A DNA stretch of 64,000 nt, taken from the NCBI GenBank assembly GCA_964505635.1, contig CAZDIP010000001.1, positions 40,174 through 104,173 of the forward strand, read 5' to 3'. Each line of letters starts with the position of its first letter. Position 1 is the stretch's first letter. The notes under the pieces were generated by a model. The model was not told where the DNA came from and ran no database searches. It worked only from the letters and a program-made list of their open reading frames with translations. Positions 63,609 through 64,000 of the stretch are shown here, one piece after another. Source of the stretch: an uncultured Candidatus Saccharibacteria bacterium (GTDB lineage Bacteria; Patescibacteriota; Doudnabacteria; UBA920). The translations under genes and the position numbers were made by a program.

Positions 63609-64000
63609 ATGAAAGGCATTATACTTTCGGGGGGCAGCGGAACCAGGTTAAGCCCTTTAACTAAGGTTACCTCCAAGCAGCTTTTACCGGTTTACAACAA
63701 ACCGATGATTTTTTATCCGCTGGAAACTTTACTGAAGGCAGGCATAAGAGATATTTTAATAATTGTTGCGCCGGAAAGAGCGGGTGATTATTTAAGGCTT
63801 TTAGGCAGCGGCAGGGAATTTGGGGCAAAATTTACTTATGAAATTCAGGATAAGCCCGAAGGTCTTGCCCAGGCATTTATAATAGCCGAGAATTTTATAG
63901 ACGAAGACAATGTTTGTATGATTTTAGGCGACAATATTTTTGAAGACGACTTTTCTCAAACTATAAGTGATTTTAAGTCCGGGGCTTTAATTTTTGCTAA
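63609..64000 (+). CDS. rfbA: Glucose-1-phosphate thymidylyltransferase (partial; continues past the window end)
   Basis: [41 protein letters not shown]... Confidence 0.85.
   Translation, partial: MKGIILSGGSGTRLSPLTKVTSKQLLPVYNKPMIFYPLETLLKAGIRDILIIVAPERAGDYLRLLGSGREFGAKFTYEIQDKPEGLAQAFIIAENFIDEDNVCMILGDNIFEDDFSQTISDFKSGALIFA

Overview
This 64 kb window is low-GC bacterial DNA. By eye, GC is in the high 30s percent, with a few sharply GC-rich islands. The gene content recalls Patescibacteria/CPR: many small NUDIX and HD hydrolases, YhbQ-type GIY-YIG nucleases, a four-helix-bundle protein, and almost no Shine-Dalgarno sites on native genes. That taxonomic guess is inference only. I call about 85 CDS and 3 intact tRNAs (Gly-CCC, Gln-CTG, Glu-CTC), plus tRNA fragments. 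The core genes are hisS, mnmA, H+-pyrophosphatase, rplJ-rplL, a dus-type tRNA dihydrouridine synthase, lexA, scpA/scpB, a ybaK-like deacylase, aspS, lgt, rmlB/rmlD/rmlA and a sugar-use block (GH1 beta-glucosidase, GH-A hydrolase, ROK glucokinase). The accessory or unusual content falls into six groups.

1. A ~9.5 kb integrated element sits at tRNA-Gln. Its large serine recombinase ends on the tRNA 3' end. Its cargo is a Type IIG RM enzyme, an unannotated excisionase-like ORF, a Rep-like protein, SpoVG, a Panacea-domain toxin-antitoxin pair and a GIY-YIG nuclease.

2. A decayed island lies at tRNA-Glu and carries a HEPN-like protein and an APH-like kinase. Next to it, a consensus sigma70 promoter drives a ~285 nt noncoding leader and then a reverse transcriptase. 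The whole module is bracketed by perfect 33 bp inverted repeats.

3. Three GC-rich single-gene islands carry strong SD sites: a xylose isomerase and two unknown ORFs.

4. GC-rich palindromic elements are inserted in-frame in mnmA, the ybaK-like gene, dus and lgt, in the manner of Rickettsia palindromic elements.

5. RNase P RNA-like motifs lie on both sides of a second GIY-YIG gene.

6. A ~490 nt structured GC-rich noncoding region of unknown identity lies next to aspS.

Coordinates of hand-called hairpins and repeats may be off by a few nt.
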